Assembly: GCA_021296535.1 (NCBI GenBank) | Contig: JAGWAG010000001.1 | Coordinates: 94,528-158,527 of the forward strand | Length of the DNA stretch: 64,000 bases | Direction of reading: 5' to 3' | Source of the DNA: Acidobacteriota bacterium | GTDB lineage: Bacteria; Acidobacteriota; Thermoanaerobaculia; Multivoradales; Multivoraceae | Shown: in pieces, positions 21,164 to 33,755 of the stretch | How positions within the stretch are numbered: the stretch's first letter is position 1 | Layout of the letters: each line of letters begins with the position of its first letter | Translations under genes and position numbers: made by a program | The notes under the pieces: generated by a model | Database searches by the model: none | Told to the model about the DNA's origin: nothing | Seen by the model: the letters and a program-made list of their open reading frames with translations, nothing else

Positions 21164-22429
21164 TCAGGGTCGGCCCCCTTCCCGGCACTCCCGGGCAACC
21201 TGCAGCTCGTGCAGGAGGCTTCGTGCGGCCCGCTCGCTGGCGCCGGACTCCCCGAGCGCCGGCCGAAGTTCGGCCAGAGCCCCGCGCATCCTGTCGATCC
21301 GGCCGCGACTGGACAGGAGTTCCCGCGCCGCCGCCGCGATTCCCGCCTCTCCGGCTTCTCCCTGGAGGAGTTCCGGGACGACTCGCCGGCCGAGCACGAG
21401 GTTGACCAGGCTGACGAACGGCAAGTCGACCAACCACCGGCCGATCAACCCGGTCACCGGCGCCACCCGGTAGACCACGACCAACGGCGTGCCGAGCAGT
21501 CCCACCTCCAGCGTCGCCGTGCCGGAGGCGCAGAGCGCGAGATGAGAGCCGGCAACGGCCGCAAACCGTTCGGACCGCACGATTTCCAGGTCCTTGCCGG
21601 CGAGCGGACTCGACGCGACCAGACGATGGACCAAGTCCCTGTCGACCGTGGACGCCAGGATCAGGCGAACCGGCGCCGCGTCGTTGCCGGAGTCGCCACC
21701 CCTCCGTATGCGCCCCGTTCCGCCCCCCATGACTGCCGCGGCCCGCAGCATCGGCGGCAGAATGCGTCGCACCTCACTGTTGCGCGACCCCGGAAGCAGG
21801 GCCAGCGTCGGGCGTTCCGGCAGGTGCTCTTCCCGCTCCCAAACCGACGGGAGTTCCGGAACCTCGTCGACCAGAGGATGGCCCACGTGCTCCACTTCGA
21901 GTTGGCGCCCCCGGTACACGTCGACCTCGAACCGAAAGAGCACGAGCATTCGTTTGACCAGGCGGGCGATCGTCCTCACCCGGCGACGCCGCCATGCCCA
22001 CACCTGCGGCGACACGTAGTAGAGAACGGGCACACCGCGACGGTGAAGGCGGCGGGCCAGCCGGAGATTGAAGTCCGGAAAGTCGACCAGCACCGCCAAC
22101 TCCGGCCGCCTACTCTCGGCCGCCTCGAGCAGCCGCCGAAAGACCTGCCGGATCCGCGGCAACTCCCGCAGCACCTCGACGATACCGACCACGGCGACCT
22201 CGTCGCTGTGTGCGACCGGTTCCAGGCCCGCGGCGGCCATCGCGTCGCCGCCGAGTCCGAAGAAGCGAACCGGCCTCTCGTCCCCAGCCAGACGCCGCAC
22301 CGCTTCCATCATTCGCGCCGCGTGGTGGTCGCCGGAGGCCTCGCCGGCAGAGATCAGGACGGCCGGGCTGCCTTGGTTCAGCGGGATCGCCCTCCAGCAG
22401 CCCGTGGCGAAAGTCGCGCTGCATGCCAT
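21164..22429 (-). CDS. lpxB: lipid-A-disaccharide synthase (GT19)
   Basis: ..LISAGEASGDHHAARMMEAV..VLYYVSPQVWAWRRRR.. LpxB motifs. Confidence 0.85.
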   Translation of the reverse strand: MACSATFATGCWRAIPLNQGSPAVLISAGEASGDHHAARMMEAVRRLAGDERPVRFFGLGGDAMAAAGLEPVAHSDEVAVVGIVEVLRELPRIRQVFRRLLEAAESRRPELAVLVDFPDFNLRLARRLHRRGVPVLYYVSPQVWAWRRRRVRTIARLVKRMLVLFRFEVDVYRGRQLEVEHVGHPLVDEVPELPSVWEREEHLPERPTLALLPGSRNSEVRRILPPMLRAAAVMGGGTGRIRRGGDSGNDAAPVRLILASTVDRDLVHRLVASSPLAGKDLEIVRSERFAAVAGSHLALCASGTATLEVGLLGTPLVVVYRVAPVTGLIGRWLVDLPFVSLVNLVLGRRVVPELLQGEAGEAGIAAAARELLSSRGRIDRMRGALAELRPALGESGASERAARSLLHELQVARECREGGRP

Positions 22430-22602
22430 CCGTGCGCTCGATGACTCGCGCGCGGACCGGTTCGCGTGTGGCGCGAAGACGCGCCACCCGGGTTCGAACG
22501 GCGATGCATCCTGTCCAACATCGTTGCTCCTCAGTCAAATATGGCCCGATATGGTCCTTCGTCGCGCCTTGCCGGACAGGCGCCTCGCCGCTCTCGGGGC
22601 TG

Positions 22603-22800
22603 CTAGGGAATCGGCGCCGGTGGCGAGAGCGGAAACGGATACATCAACCATGCCAGCACCAGGCCCCCGCCCACCATGCCGATCATCATCTGGACGAAGA
22701 GCCGAACCCGGTCCCTGAACCGACGCCGCCACAGTACGGCGAAGAACAGGCTGACCTGGACGGCGTAGATCACCATCAAGGCGAAGTGGCTTGAGAGCAC
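22603..22800 (-). CDS. small hypothetical membrane protein (65 aa, 2 TM)
   Basis: hydrophobic helices; co-directional and directly upstream of lpxB. Confidence 0.4.
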   Translation of the reverse strand: MLSSHFALMVIYAVQVSLFFAVLWRRRFRDRVRLFVQMMIGMVGGGLVLAWLMYPFPLSPPAPIP

Positions 22801-23213
22801 TAGTCCTTCGATCCGCTGGCAATGTCCCAGGCGTCGAGAACCGCCAGGAAATTGAGAAGCCCTGCAGTCAGCAGGAAGGCCTTACCGTACTCAAATGTCG
22901 AAGACAGGATGTCGCCGCTGTACTCCAACGCGTAGCGGGCCAGGAAGTACGGCGCGCCGGCGCCCATCGAACTCAGCGTCGCCAGCCGGCTGAGCGGCTG
23001 CTCCGGCACGACGACGTAGAGATGTCCGCGGAGCCAGCAGCCGAACAGGAACGAGAAGAAGACCACGCCGAAGATGACCGCGGCGCGACGCGGCTTGCGC
23101 AGGATCAGGTGGCCGCAGCCGGGCAGAGCCCAAGCCGCGACCGCGACCAGGACCGGCCGCAGAACACCGATGGGCTCGGCGGAAGGGCCGGCTGAAGGCG
23201 AGGTCGTCGTCAT
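22800..23213 (-). CDS. hypothetical membrane protein (137 aa)
   Basis: 3 predicted TM segments; abuts the downstream 65-aa ORF (boundary at 22800). Confidence 0.45.
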   Translation of the reverse strand: MTTTSPSAGPSAEPIGVLRPVLVAVAAWALPGCGHLILRKPRRAAVIFGVVFFSFLFGCWLRGHLYVVVPEQPLSRLATLSSMGAGAPYFLARYALEYSGDILSSTFEYGKAFLLTAGLLNFLAVLDAWDIASGSKD

Positions 23214-23253
23214 CTGGGCGCGGCGGGCGGGGCCCGGGATTCGCGGGGCCCGG

Positions 23254-23535
23254 TCACTCGTCAGAGTTCAGGCGCTCCTTGAGTTCCTTGCCGGGCTTGA
23301 AGTAGGGGATCTTCTTGGAGGGGACATCGACCGGAGCGCCGGTCTTCGGGTTGCGACCGATCCTGGAACCGCGCTCGCGGATGCGAAAGCTGCCGAAGCC
23401 GCGAAGTTCGATCTTGTCGCCGTCCTTCAGGGAGTCGACGATGCTCTCGAGCACCGTGCTCACGATGACTTCCGCGTCCTTCTTCGTCAAGTCCGCGCTG
23501 CGCGCCACTTCCTCGACCAGGTGAGCCTTGGTCAT
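23254..23535 (-). CDS. ihfB: integration host factor beta / HU-family DNA-binding protein
   Basis: MTKAHLVEEVA..IELRGFGSF..GRNPKTGAPVDVPSKKIPYFKPGKELKERL ; rpsA-ihfB synteny; ORF extends to 23586. Confidence 0.85.
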   Translation of the reverse strand: MTKAHLVEEVARSADLTKKDAEVIVSTVLESIVDSLKDGDKIELRGFGSFRIRERGSRIGRNPKTGAPVDVPSKKIPYFKPGKELKERLNSDE

Positions 23536-23606
23536 CCCCTGACGAATGGCTTCAGAGATCTGGATCGCATCTTTCATTTTGTGCATTCTCCCCTTGGCCG
23601 GCCTAC

Positions 23607-25841
<2,235 letters not shown>

Positions 25842-26117
25842 GGGTTCCTGTGTTCTCGCTTCGGTCGGTGTGACCGTGCGGTGGGCGTTTCTAGGTAAGG
25901 CGGCGCATTGACAATCCGGGTCCGTGACGCACTGCCGACGGCAGGCATCGGGGCCGGAACGGACGCCAAGGGTCAGACCGACAAGTATAGGGACGCGGCC
26001 TGAGGCGGTCAACCGTCGGACGCCTCCCGGAATCTGCCGTCGAGCAGGGCTTAATCACTCATTCCACGACACTTACATGTGCCGCCCGCCCGCCTCTGAA
26101 GGCTGCGCCTTCCAATC

Positions 26118-27215
26118 TCAGACACCTTTCCCGGCCGCGCGGGACTCGGGCCGTTTCCGGAGCGCCGCCAGGGACCAGGAGGCGTGAGTCCGGACCACCG
26201 GGTCACGGCTTGTCCGTGCCCGTTCGAGCGCCGGGATGTAGGACGCCGTGCCCCGGTTTCCCATCGCGAGGGCCGCGTTTCGTCGCAGTCCCGACCGTCC
26301 GGGCCGCTTCATCGGGCTGCCGCGAAAACGGTTCCGGTACTCTTCCTCCGAAAGTGCGAGAAGCGCCGTCAGATCGAGCTCGGCGCGATGCGCCGGCAGG
26401 GAGAAGGCTCCGCTTCGCTCGCCCTTCGCCGGTGTCGCCCTGTGTTCGTTCCAGGGGCAGACCTCCTGGCAGACGTCGCACCCGAAGACCCAGTCGCCAA
26501 CCAGGGAACGGGCCTCCTCAGGCACTTCGCCCCGGTGCTCGATCGTCCAGTAGCTGATGCACCTGGCGGCGTCCAGGACATGGGGGGCCGGCAACGCACC
26601 CGTCGGGCAGGCGTCGAGGCAGCGCCGGCAGTTGCCGCACAGGTCCTCGGCCAGCGGCTCGGACGGTTCGAGTTCCAGGGTGAGGAACAGCTCTCCGAGC
26701 AGGAACCACGATCCGGTGCGATCGAGCAACTGGGTGTTCTTGGCGACGGCGCCAAGCCCCGCCCGCGCCGCCAGTTCTCTCTCCAGCACCGGTCCCGTGT
26801 CGACGTAGAGGCGCGCTCCGGAGCCCGGGAACGCCTTCCGGATACGGGCGGCCAGGGCCCGCAGGCGGCGCTCCATCAGCGGGTGGTAGTCATCGCCGCG
26901 GGCGTACCGGGCCACCCGGGGCCAGAGATCGCCTTCCGGTTCGGGCTCGCCCTCCAGGGGATGGTAGTGAAGCGCCACGCACAAAGCGGATCTCGCGCCA
27001 TCGAGCAACGAGGCCGGCGCCAGTCGACGCCGCGGCCGTTTGCCGAGCCAGGCCATTGAAGCGAAGAGGCCCCGCTCCAACCGGCGCAGGAAGGACGAGC
27101 CGGCGCCGGCGTACGGTTCCAGGGAAGCCACCCCCACGCGGTCGAAACCGGCCTCCAGAGCCCACCCGGCCAGCAGTTCCGCGCGGTCCTTCGCCGACCC
27201 CGGCACCGCACTCAC
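26118..27215 (-). CDS. queG: tRNA epoxyqueuosine reductase QueG with C-terminal HEAT-like repeat
   Basis: ..CGNCRRCLDACPTGAL..VFGCDVCQEVCPWNE.. 4Fe-4S motifs; GTG start ~27215 adjacent to folA stop; upstream ORF part junk. Confidence 0.8.
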   Translation of the reverse strand: MSAVPGSAKDRAELLAGWALEAGFDRVGVASLEPYAGAGSSFLRRLERGLFASMAWLGKRPRRRLAPASLLDGARSALCVALHYHPLEGEPEPEGDLWPRVARYARGDDYHPLMERRLRALAARIRKAFPGSGARLYVDTGPVLERELAARAGLGAVAKNTQLLDRTGSWFLLGELFLTLELEPSEPLAEDLCGNCRRCLDACPTGALPAPHVLDAARCISYWTIEHRGEVPEEARSLVGDWVFGCDVCQEVCPWNEHRATPAKGERSGAFSLPAHRAELDLTALLALSEEEYRNRFRGSPMKRPGRSGLRRNAALAMGNRGTASYIPALERARTSRDPVVRTHASWSLAALRKRPESRAAGKGV

Positions 27216-27718
27216 GCTCGGGCTTCTGGCTGCAGGAGGATCTCGAAGCGGGTGGCGTGATCGTCGTCCGGACCGGCGGGAACGTCCTCCGAGGTGTCGA
27301 CCCGCCAGTCCTCGAGAGGCCCGAGATCGACCGACGTATCGCCCTCGACCTCGGCCAGCACGCGGGTCAGGTAGACGCGGTCGGCAAAGCCGAACGCGGC
27401 CTGGAACAGACCGGCGCCGCCGATCACGAACGTCTCCTCCTCCCCCGCCTCGCGGGCCGCGTCGAGCGCCTCGTCGAGCGAGCGGAACCTGGTGGCGCCC
27501 GGTGCCTCGAAGTCCGGCCGGGTGCTCAGCACGATGCACTTTCTGCCCGGCAGCGGCCGGCAGCCGACTTCCTCCCAGGTCCTCCGGCCCATCACCACGT
27601 GGTGGCCCACCGTCAGCCGCTTGAAGCGCCTGACGTCCGTCCGCAGTCGCCAGGGAAGCTGGCCCTTCAGACCGATCACGCCGTTCGTCGCCGCCGCCAG
27701 AATCACCGAGAGCCGCAT
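27212..27718 (-). CDS. folA: dihydrofolate reductase
   Basis: MRLSVILAAATNGVIGLKGQLPWRL..VVMGRRTWE.. Confidence 0.9.
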   Translation of the reverse strand: MRLSVILAAATNGVIGLKGQLPWRLRTDVRRFKRLTVGHHVVMGRRTWEEVGCRPLPGRKCIVLSTRPDFEAPGATRFRSLDEALDAAREAGEEETFVIGGAGLFQAAFGFADRVYLTRVLAEVEGDTSVDLGPLEDWRVDTSEDVPAGPDDDHATRFEILLQPEARA

Positions 27719-27755
27719 CGCCACCTCCTGGTCCTGTTCCCGTCGGCCCCTGGGA

Positions 27756-28550
27756 TCAGACCGCGACCGGCGCTCGGATCGCCGGATGCGGGTCATAGCC
27801 CACGAGTTCGAAGTCGTCGGGCCCGAAATCGAAGATGGAGCGGTTGTCCGGGTTGAGCCGCATCCCGGGCAACGGCCTAGGCTGCCTCGACAACTGCTCC
27901 TCCGCCTGCTCCACATGGTTGCTGTACAGGTGGGCATCGCCGAACGTGTGAACCAACTCCCCGGGCGCGAGATCGCAGACCTGGGCGACCATCATCAGCA
28001 GCAGGGCGTACGACGCGATGTTGAACGGGACCCCCAGAAAGAGATCGCCGCTGCGCTGGTAGAGCTGACAGGAGAGGCGGCCGTTCGCGACGTAGAACTG
28101 GAACAACGTGTGGCAGGGCGGCAGGGCCATCGAGTCGACCTCGGCCACGTTCCACGCGCTGACGATCAGGCGGCGCGAGTTCGGCTCGCGCCGGATGCGA
28201 TCGACGACACCCGCGATCTGATCGATAGACCTCCCGTCCGGCGTCGCCCAGGACCGCCACTGGGAGCCGTAGACGGGGCCCAGGTCACCGTTCTCGTCTG
28301 CCCATTCGTCCCAGATCGTCACTCCGTGGCGGTGCAGGAAGTCGACGTTCGTCTCCCCGCGAAGGAACCACAGCAACTCGACGATGATCGATCGCAGGTG
28401 GAGGCGCTTCGTGGTCAGCGCCGGGAATCCGTCGGCCAGGTCGTAGCGCAACTGCCGACCGAATACGCTGCGGGTGCCGGTGCCCGTGCGGTCGTCGCGG
28501 ACAACCCCGTGGTCGAGCACCTCCCGTAGCAGATCGAGGTACTGGCGCAT
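27756..28550 (-). CDS. thyA: thymidylate synthase
   Basis: [44 protein letters not shown].. Confidence 0.95.
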   Translation of the reverse strand: MRQYLDLLREVLDHGVVRDDRTGTGTRSVFGRQLRYDLADGFPALTTKRLHLRSIIVELLWFLRGETNVDFLHRHGVTIWDEWADENGDLGPVYGSQWRSWATPDGRSIDQIAGVVDRIRREPNSRRLIVSAWNVAEVDSMALPPCHTLFQFYVANGRLSCQLYQRSGDLFLGVPFNIASYALLLMMVAQVCDLAPGELVHTFGDAHLYSNHVEQAEEQLSRQPRPLPGMRLNPDNRSIFDFGPDDFELVGYDPHPAIRAPVAV

Positions 28551-28575
28551 CGACACCGAAGACCTTACCAACCGG

Positions 28576-29523
28576 TCACGCCTCGTCCAGCAACCGGAGC
28601 ATCGCGTTCCTGTGCTTTTCGTCGCCGATCCCACGGAACCTCCGGCGCAGGCGCCGGCGCAGGACCGCCCGCTCCCAACGGGGCCGATGGAGCTCGTAGT
28701 AACGCAACTGGGAGGCACGGTAGAAGCGCTCCACGCCGGGGATCAAAGAGCGCTCGCCATCCGCACCCGTCATCGCTCCCCGCACGTGCCACGCTCGAGC
28801 CCCGGCCACCTCATGCTGCCTGTATCCGGCCCGGTGGAGCCGAAGACAGAGATCCGCGTCCTCGAAGTAGAGAAAGAAGCCCTCGTCGAAACCGCCGACC
28901 TCCTCGAAGGCCGAACGGCGGACGAGTAGACAGGCGGCCGTGTGCCACCCGGCGCCGACCAGCGGCTTGAGCAAACGCGGCAGCAGACCATGGTTCCATG
29001 CGGCCTTCTCGAACCGGTTGCGGAGTCTCTGGATCGCCTCGCCGGGAACACCGACCGGCGGCGACCATACGAACTGCCTGGACCCGTCCGGGTAACGAAG
29101 AGCGGGTGCCGCAACCGCGAGCCGCTCGTCCAACTCCTGCGCCTCGACCAGACCTCGCAGGGACTCCTCGTCGATCCGTGCATCCGGGTTCAGAAGCAGC
29201 AGATGACGGCCGGCCGACTTCTCGGCGGCCAGATTGCAGGCGGCGCCAAAGCCGAGGTTGCGACCCGCCTCGACGAGTCGCACCGGCAACGCCGTCGACG
29301 CGTCCGCCGCGAGCTCGCGAACCATCCCCGTGGAACCGTCAACAGATGCGTTGTCGACCACGACCGCCTCGAGAGTGCTCGCGGCACCACGCTCTGCCTC
29401 ACCATCCTCCGACCGCCACGCCTCCGCGATCGCCTGGAGGCTCTCCAAACAGACTCTGAGCCAGTCCCCGGCATTGTGGTTGACGACCAGGGCGCTTACC
29501 GCCGGGGGTTCCGAACCGCTCAC
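28576..29523 (-). CDS. glycosyltransferase family 2
   Basis: ..[32 protein letters not shown].. ; probable GTG start in GTGA overlap with upstream GT4 stop (ORF runs to 29577). Confidence 0.75.
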   Translation of the reverse strand: MSGSEPPAVSALVVNHNAGDWLRVCLESLQAIAEAWRSEDGEAERGAASTLEAVVVDNASVDGSTGMVRELAADASTALPVRLVEAGRNLGFGAACNLAAEKSAGRHLLLLNPDARIDEESLRGLVEAQELDERLAVAAPALRYPDGSRQFVWSPPVGVPGEAIQRLRNRFEKAAWNHGLLPRLLKPLVGAGWHTAACLLVRRSAFEEVGGFDEGFFLYFEDADLCLRLHRAGYRQHEVAGARAWHVRGAMTGADGERSLIPGVERFYRASQLRYYELHRPRWERAVLRRRLRRRFRGIGDEKHRNAMLRLLDEA

Positions 29524-30761
29524 GGGACCTGCTTCCGGAACATGCGCCAGGCTGTCTCCACCTCGTCGGCGAAGCACTCGGCAGCACGGTCCCAGGTCAG
29601 GGAGCCCACGCGGCCGGGCCCCTCCGATATCGCCAACCGACGCGCTTCGCCGTCCCCCACCAGCCGCCGGAGCCCCTCGGTCAGGTCCTCGACTTCGAGC
29701 CGGTCACAACGCAGCGGATACTCGGGCCACAACTCCGTCAGGGCCGGCGCGTCCGAGACGAGGACCGGAACCCCGGCCGCGAGCGATTCGAGAGGCGGCA
29801 GGCCGTAGCCCTCATACTCCGAGACGTAGATCGTTCCCAGCGCCCGCGCATAGAGTCGCGGCAGCAGGTCGTCTTCGACGTAGCCGAGGCGAATCACCCG
29901 ATCGCCAAGATCCGCGGCACGGACGATGCGGTCCAGTTCCTCCCGCCGGGGCAACTGGTTCCGGCCCGCGATGACCAGGCGGATCTCGGCCGGATTCGGA
30001 GCCCCGGGGCACGTCACGGACCCGGTTGGCGACTCCTCGCGCACCAGGCGACCCATAGCCGGCAGCACCAGGTCGAGCCTCCGGCGCGGCAGAACCGAGC
30101 CAAGCATCAACAGGTAGGGCGGCCGAACGCCCAGGTCCGCCAGCACCCGGTCCTGCTCCACCCCTCCCGTCCCGTCCGAAGCGGCAGCGGCCTCGAAGCG
30201 CGGCGACACCCCCAGAGGCACGACCGCCACCCGTCCAGGCGGCACGCCGTAGCGTTGCTGCAACTCGGCGGCGGTGCGCCGGGTGTCGGTCAGCACCCGC
30301 GTTGCCGTTCGCGCGGCGCCGCGCGCGAGGTAGCGGCGACGCCGCAACTCGCGGAAGCTGAAGTCCGCCGGGAAGTGCTCGAAGGAGAGATCGTGGATCG
30401 TGACCAGAGACGGTCGCCCGCGGGTTCGGGGCAGGCTGTAGCCGGGCGAAAAGATGAGGTCCACCGGTTGACGCCTGAGCAGCCTGGGCAACCGGAACTG
30501 CTCCCACAGGACCGGATGCGCGCCGGGCCGCCCATCGAAGACCGGCTCGACGCGGCAGCTCGCGCTCTCTGGGTCGGCCCACAGCGGGTGCTCAAAGGGA
30601 TCACCCTTGAAGAACAGTCGCAACCGCCACCCTTCGGCCCGCGGAACTCGACCAAGCGCCGTCAGAATCTCCTCGGTGTAGCGGCCGACGCCGGTCGGCT
30701 CCCCCTCCATCTCGTAGCCGACGACGCCGACCGAGCGCGAACCTGCCCCCGTCTCGTTCAT
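29520..30761 (-). CDS. glycosyltransferase family 4
   Basis: GT-B fold, ..YVSEYEGYGLPPLESLAAGVPVLVSDAPAL.. ; start MNETGAG (ATGA overlap with upstream GT4 stop). Confidence 0.75.
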   Translation of the reverse strand: MNETGAGSRSVGVVGYEMEGEPTGVGRYTEEILTALGRVPRAEGWRLRLFFKGDPFEHPLWADPESASCRVEPVFDGRPGAHPVLWEQFRLPRLLRRQPVDLIFSPGYSLPRTRGRPSLVTIHDLSFEHFPADFSFRELRRRRYLARGAARTATRVLTDTRRTAAELQQRYGVPPGRVAVVPLGVSPRFEAAAASDGTGGVEQDRVLADLGVRPPYLLMLGSVLPRRRLDLVLPAMGRLVREESPTGSVTCPGAPNPAEIRLVIAGRNQLPRREELDRIVRAADLGDRVIRLGYVEDDLLPRLYARALGTIYVSEYEGYGLPPLESLAAGVPVLVSDAPALTELWPEYPLRCDRLEVEDLTEGLRRLVGDGEARRLAISEGPGRVGSLTWDRAAECFADEVETAWRMFRKQVP

Positions 30762-31867
30762 CGGACCGCGCCCACCATCCCGTCGTAGATCTCGATCACT
30801 TCCTTCGCCGCGGTGCGCCAGGAGAACCCGGCAGCGCGAACGAGGCCGGCCCGCCGATAGTCCCGTCGCAGTGCACCGTCGCCGAGGAGTTCTTCCAGGC
30901 CGCGGCGAATAGCCGCCACATCGAGCGGGTCGACGCAAACTGCGGCGTCTCCGCCCACCTCGGTGAGCGAGGACGTGTTCGACGTCAGCACCGGCGTTCC
31001 GCATGCCATCGCCTCCACGACGGGCAGACCGAACCCCTCGACGAGGGACGGATACGCCACGACCGAAGCGACGTTGTAGAGGGCGATCAGGTCCTCCTCC
31101 CCGACCGCGCCCAAGCGCCGCACGAAGGCGGGCCAGGCACCGCCGAACGCGTCATCCTCCTTCCAGCTGCTACCGCCCACGAGCACCAGCGGCGCACTCT
31201 CCCGCAACTCGGGGTCGAGCCCGGCGTAGGCCTCGACCAGACGGGCGATGTTCTTGCGCGGCTCGAGCGAGCCTACCGAGAGGACGAACCGACCCTCGAG
31301 CCCGAAGCGCGCCGCGACGCGCTCCCGGGCGGCTGCCAGTTCCGTGCCGTCGAAGGCGACGAAGACCGGCGACGCCGCCTCGTAGACGACGCGAAGCCGA
31401 TCCTCCGGCAGCACGAACCACTTCCGCACTTCCTTCGCCGTCGCCTCCGAGACGGCCAGAATCGTGGCCTGCCGCGACACCGCCCGCAGAGTACCGAGCA
31501 GGCACTGATTGCGGTTGTCCGGCACATGGAACTCCGGGTGGGTCAGGAAGGTCAAGTCGTGGATCGTGAACACGACCGGGCCATCGAAGCAGGCAGGATC
31601 GGAGAACGACGGGATGTGGAACAGGTCCAGGTCAGCGCGGCGCGGCCAGCGACCGGTCCCCTTCCGGACGTTTCCCGGCAGTTCATCCAGCAGGCGCTTC
31701 CAGGCCCGGGAGTCCGGCTCCGCGCCCAGGGGGTAGAGGCGGAGCGCCGGCGTGCCGCCCCGCTCCTCCGCCTCCTCGGCGAGCGCCTGCAGGAGGCTGA
31801 CCGAGTACCGGGCGACGCCGTCCCGCGGGCCGAAGATCTTGCTGACGTCGAAACCGACGCGCATCAC
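30758..31867 (-). CDS. glycosyltransferase family 4 (paralog A)
   Basis: MMRVGFDVSKIFGPRDGVARYS..SVVAYPSLVEGFGLPVVEAMACGTPVLTSN.. Confidence 0.8.
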   Translation of the reverse strand: MMRVGFDVSKIFGPRDGVARYSVSLLQALAEEAEERGGTPALRLYPLGAEPDSRAWKRLLDELPGNVRKGTGRWPRRADLDLFHIPSFSDPACFDGPVVFTIHDLTFLTHPEFHVPDNRNQCLLGTLRAVSRQATILAVSEATAKEVRKWFVLPEDRLRVVYEAASPVFVAFDGTELAAARERVAARFGLEGRFVLSVGSLEPRKNIARLVEAYAGLDPELRESAPLVLVGGSSWKEDDAFGGAWPAFVRRLGAVGEEDLIALYNVASVVAYPSLVEGFGLPVVEAMACGTPVLTSNTSSLTEVGGDAAVCVDPLDVAAIRRGLEELLGDGALRRDYRRAGLVRAAGFSWRTAAKEVIEIYDGMVGAVR

Positions 31868-31870
31868 TGC

Positions 31871-32200
31871 CTAGGCGGGCCTCGAAGCCTGCGATTCCCG
31901 TCTCGTTTCGGCCTGGATGCCAAGCGCCACGCCCCGCAATCTCTTCGCCGCACCGGCCACCAGGTGTCCCTCGCCGTCGAGCTGCTCGATCAGCGGCAGG
32001 ATGTCCTCGTGCAGCGGATCAACCTGGACCGCCTGCTTCGTCCTCACCCAGACGCCAAGACGCAGTCGGTCATAGCGTTCCCGGCCGATCACCAGCCGCA
32101 ACAGGTGGCGTAGCGGCCTGGCGGCACCCGATCGTGTGAACCGGCCCAGCAGCACAACGAAGGGTCGGAGCAGGTCCAGGAGCCGGGTCGCCTGCCGCAT
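31871..32200 (-). CDS. small hypothetical protein, paralog of 33346..33717 (N-terminal hydrophobic/amphipathic segment + coiled coil)
   Basis: ..EDILPLIEQLDGEGHLVAGAAKRLRGVALGIQAE.. aligns with ..AEVLPLIDKLDQGGRLTEGTAERLRRLTLDVRTE.. ; start probably MRQATRLL (32200), ORF extends to 32263. Confidence 0.5.
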   Translation of the reverse strand: MRQATRLLDLLRPFVVLLGRFTRSGAARPLRHLLRLVIGRERYDRLRLGVWVRTKQAVQVDPLHEDILPLIEQLDGEGHLVAGAAKRLRGVALGIQAETRRESQASRPA

Positions 32201-32225
32201 GGCACCCGGAGCGTACCCCAGACCC

Positions 32226-33329
32226 CTAGTCGGCGGCCCGAGCCATTTCACCGTAGAGGGCAATCACCTGGTCCGCCGCCCTTTGCCAGGAGAACCGTGC
32301 GGCGTGCCGGAAGCCGGCTTCACGGCACCGCCGGCGGAGGGACCCGTCCCGGAGCAGGGACTCCAGGCCACGCCGAATCGCCGACACATCGAGGGGATCG
32401 ACGCACACCGCCGCGTCGCCGCCCACTTCCACCAGCGAAGAGACGTTCGACGTCAGCACAGGCGTGCCACACGCCATCGCCTCGACGACCGGCAGGCCGA
32501 ACCCCTCAACCAGGGACGGGTAGGCCACGACCGACGCCAGGTTGTACAGGGCCACCAGATCTCGCTCGTCGACCCGGCCGAGGCGGCGCACGGACTCGGG
32601 CCAGTCCGCGACAAAGACGTCCTGCTGCTTCCAGCCGCCGTCCCCCACCAGCACCAGCGGCGTGCTGCCCTGCAGGTCCGGCTCGAGCTCCGAGTACGCC
32701 TCGATCAGGCGGGCGACGTTCTTGCGCGGCTCGAGCGTGCCGACCGACAGGACGAACGGACCTCCGATCCCGAAGCGATCCCCGAGTCGTCGTTTCGCGG
32801 CCGCCAGCTCCTCCCCCTCCAGCCCGACGAACGCTGGCGACGGCGCCGGGTAAACCACCTGCATGCGCTCGGCAGGTAGTTGAAACCAGCGGCGCACCTC
32901 GTCCGCCGTGGCCTGCGAGTCGACCGCCAGCATCGCGTCCTGCCACACGGCACGCAGCGTCGAACGGAGGCAATGGGCCCGGTTGACCGGCCGGTGGTAC
33001 TCGGGGTGAGTGAGAAAGGTCAGGTCGTGAACGGTGAAGAGCACCGGCCCGTCGAAGAAGCCCGTGTCCGTGAACGAGGTCGTGTGGAACAGGTCGAGGT
33101 CGTCCTGCTCCGGATGACGCCCGGGATGCCGCACGGCACTGTCCGGCAGTCGGCCCAGGGTCCGCTCCCAGTCCGCCGGCTCGACCTCGACATCCGGGGC
33201 GTAGAGATGCAGGGAGAACCCGTCGCCCTTCTCCGCCCGATCCGCCAGGACCCCCAGAAGGCTGGTCGTGTAACTGGCAATGCCGTCGCGCGGCCCGAAG
33301 ACCTTGGCGACATCGAAACCGATGCGCAT
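32226..33329 (-). CDS. glycosyltransferase family 4 (paralog B)
   Basis: MRIGFDVAKVFGPRDGIASYT..SVVAYPSLVEGFGLPVVEAMACGTPVLTSN.. nearly identical blocks to 30758..31867. Confidence 0.8.
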   Translation of the reverse strand: MRIGFDVAKVFGPRDGIASYTTSLLGVLADRAEKGDGFSLHLYAPDVEVEPADWERTLGRLPDSAVRHPGRHPEQDDLDLFHTTSFTDTGFFDGPVLFTVHDLTFLTHPEYHRPVNRAHCLRSTLRAVWQDAMLAVDSQATADEVRRWFQLPAERMQVVYPAPSPAFVGLEGEELAAAKRRLGDRFGIGGPFVLSVGTLEPRKNVARLIEAYSELEPDLQGSTPLVLVGDGGWKQQDVFVADWPESVRRLGRVDERDLVALYNLASVVAYPSLVEGFGLPVVEAMACGTPVLTSNVSSLVEVGGDAAVCVDPLDVSAIRRGLESLLRDGSLRRRCREAGFRHAARFSWQRAADQVIALYGEMARAAD

Positions 33330-33345
33330 GGTGCCGCGTGATCTG

Positions 33346-33717
33346 CTAGTTCGGTCGTGGAACAGTGGAGCCGGCGACGCCCGTCCCGTGGTCGGTCCAC
33401 GCCTCCGTCCGTACATCCAGCGTCAGGCGCCGCAACCGCTCGGCCGTGCCCTCGGTCAGCCGACCGCCCTGGTCGAGCTTGTCGATCAACGGCAGCACTT
33501 CCGCCGGATACAGTTCGAAGAAGAGAGCCTCTTCGAGCTCCGCCGCCCGGTCCGACATCTCGTCGATCCTTGTCTGCAACGCACCGCACAACGTCGCAAC
33601 CCGCGTCACTTCGAGCCGCAAGGCGTGGATCCGCTGCCGGACCCGCAAGAGCACGAAGGCCGCGGCGGCGACTGCTCCGGCACCGAGCAGCACAACAAGA
33701 ACGACGGACGGCCGCAC
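33346..33717 (-). CDS. small hypothetical membrane-anchored coiled-coil protein (paralog of 31871..32200)
   Basis: N-terminal TM MRPSVVLVVLLGAGAVAAAAFVLL then heptad-like region; conserved LPLI(D/E)xLD motif. Confidence 0.5.
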   Translation of the reverse strand: MRPSVVLVVLLGAGAVAAAAFVLLRVRQRIHALRLEVTRVATLCGALQTRIDEMSDRAAELEEALFFELYPAEVLPLIDKLDQGGRLTEGTAERLRRLTLDVRTEAWTDHGTGVAGSTVPRPN

Positions 33718-33755
33718 AACGGCCGCAGACTAGCAGCCGTCGCGGTCTTCCCATC

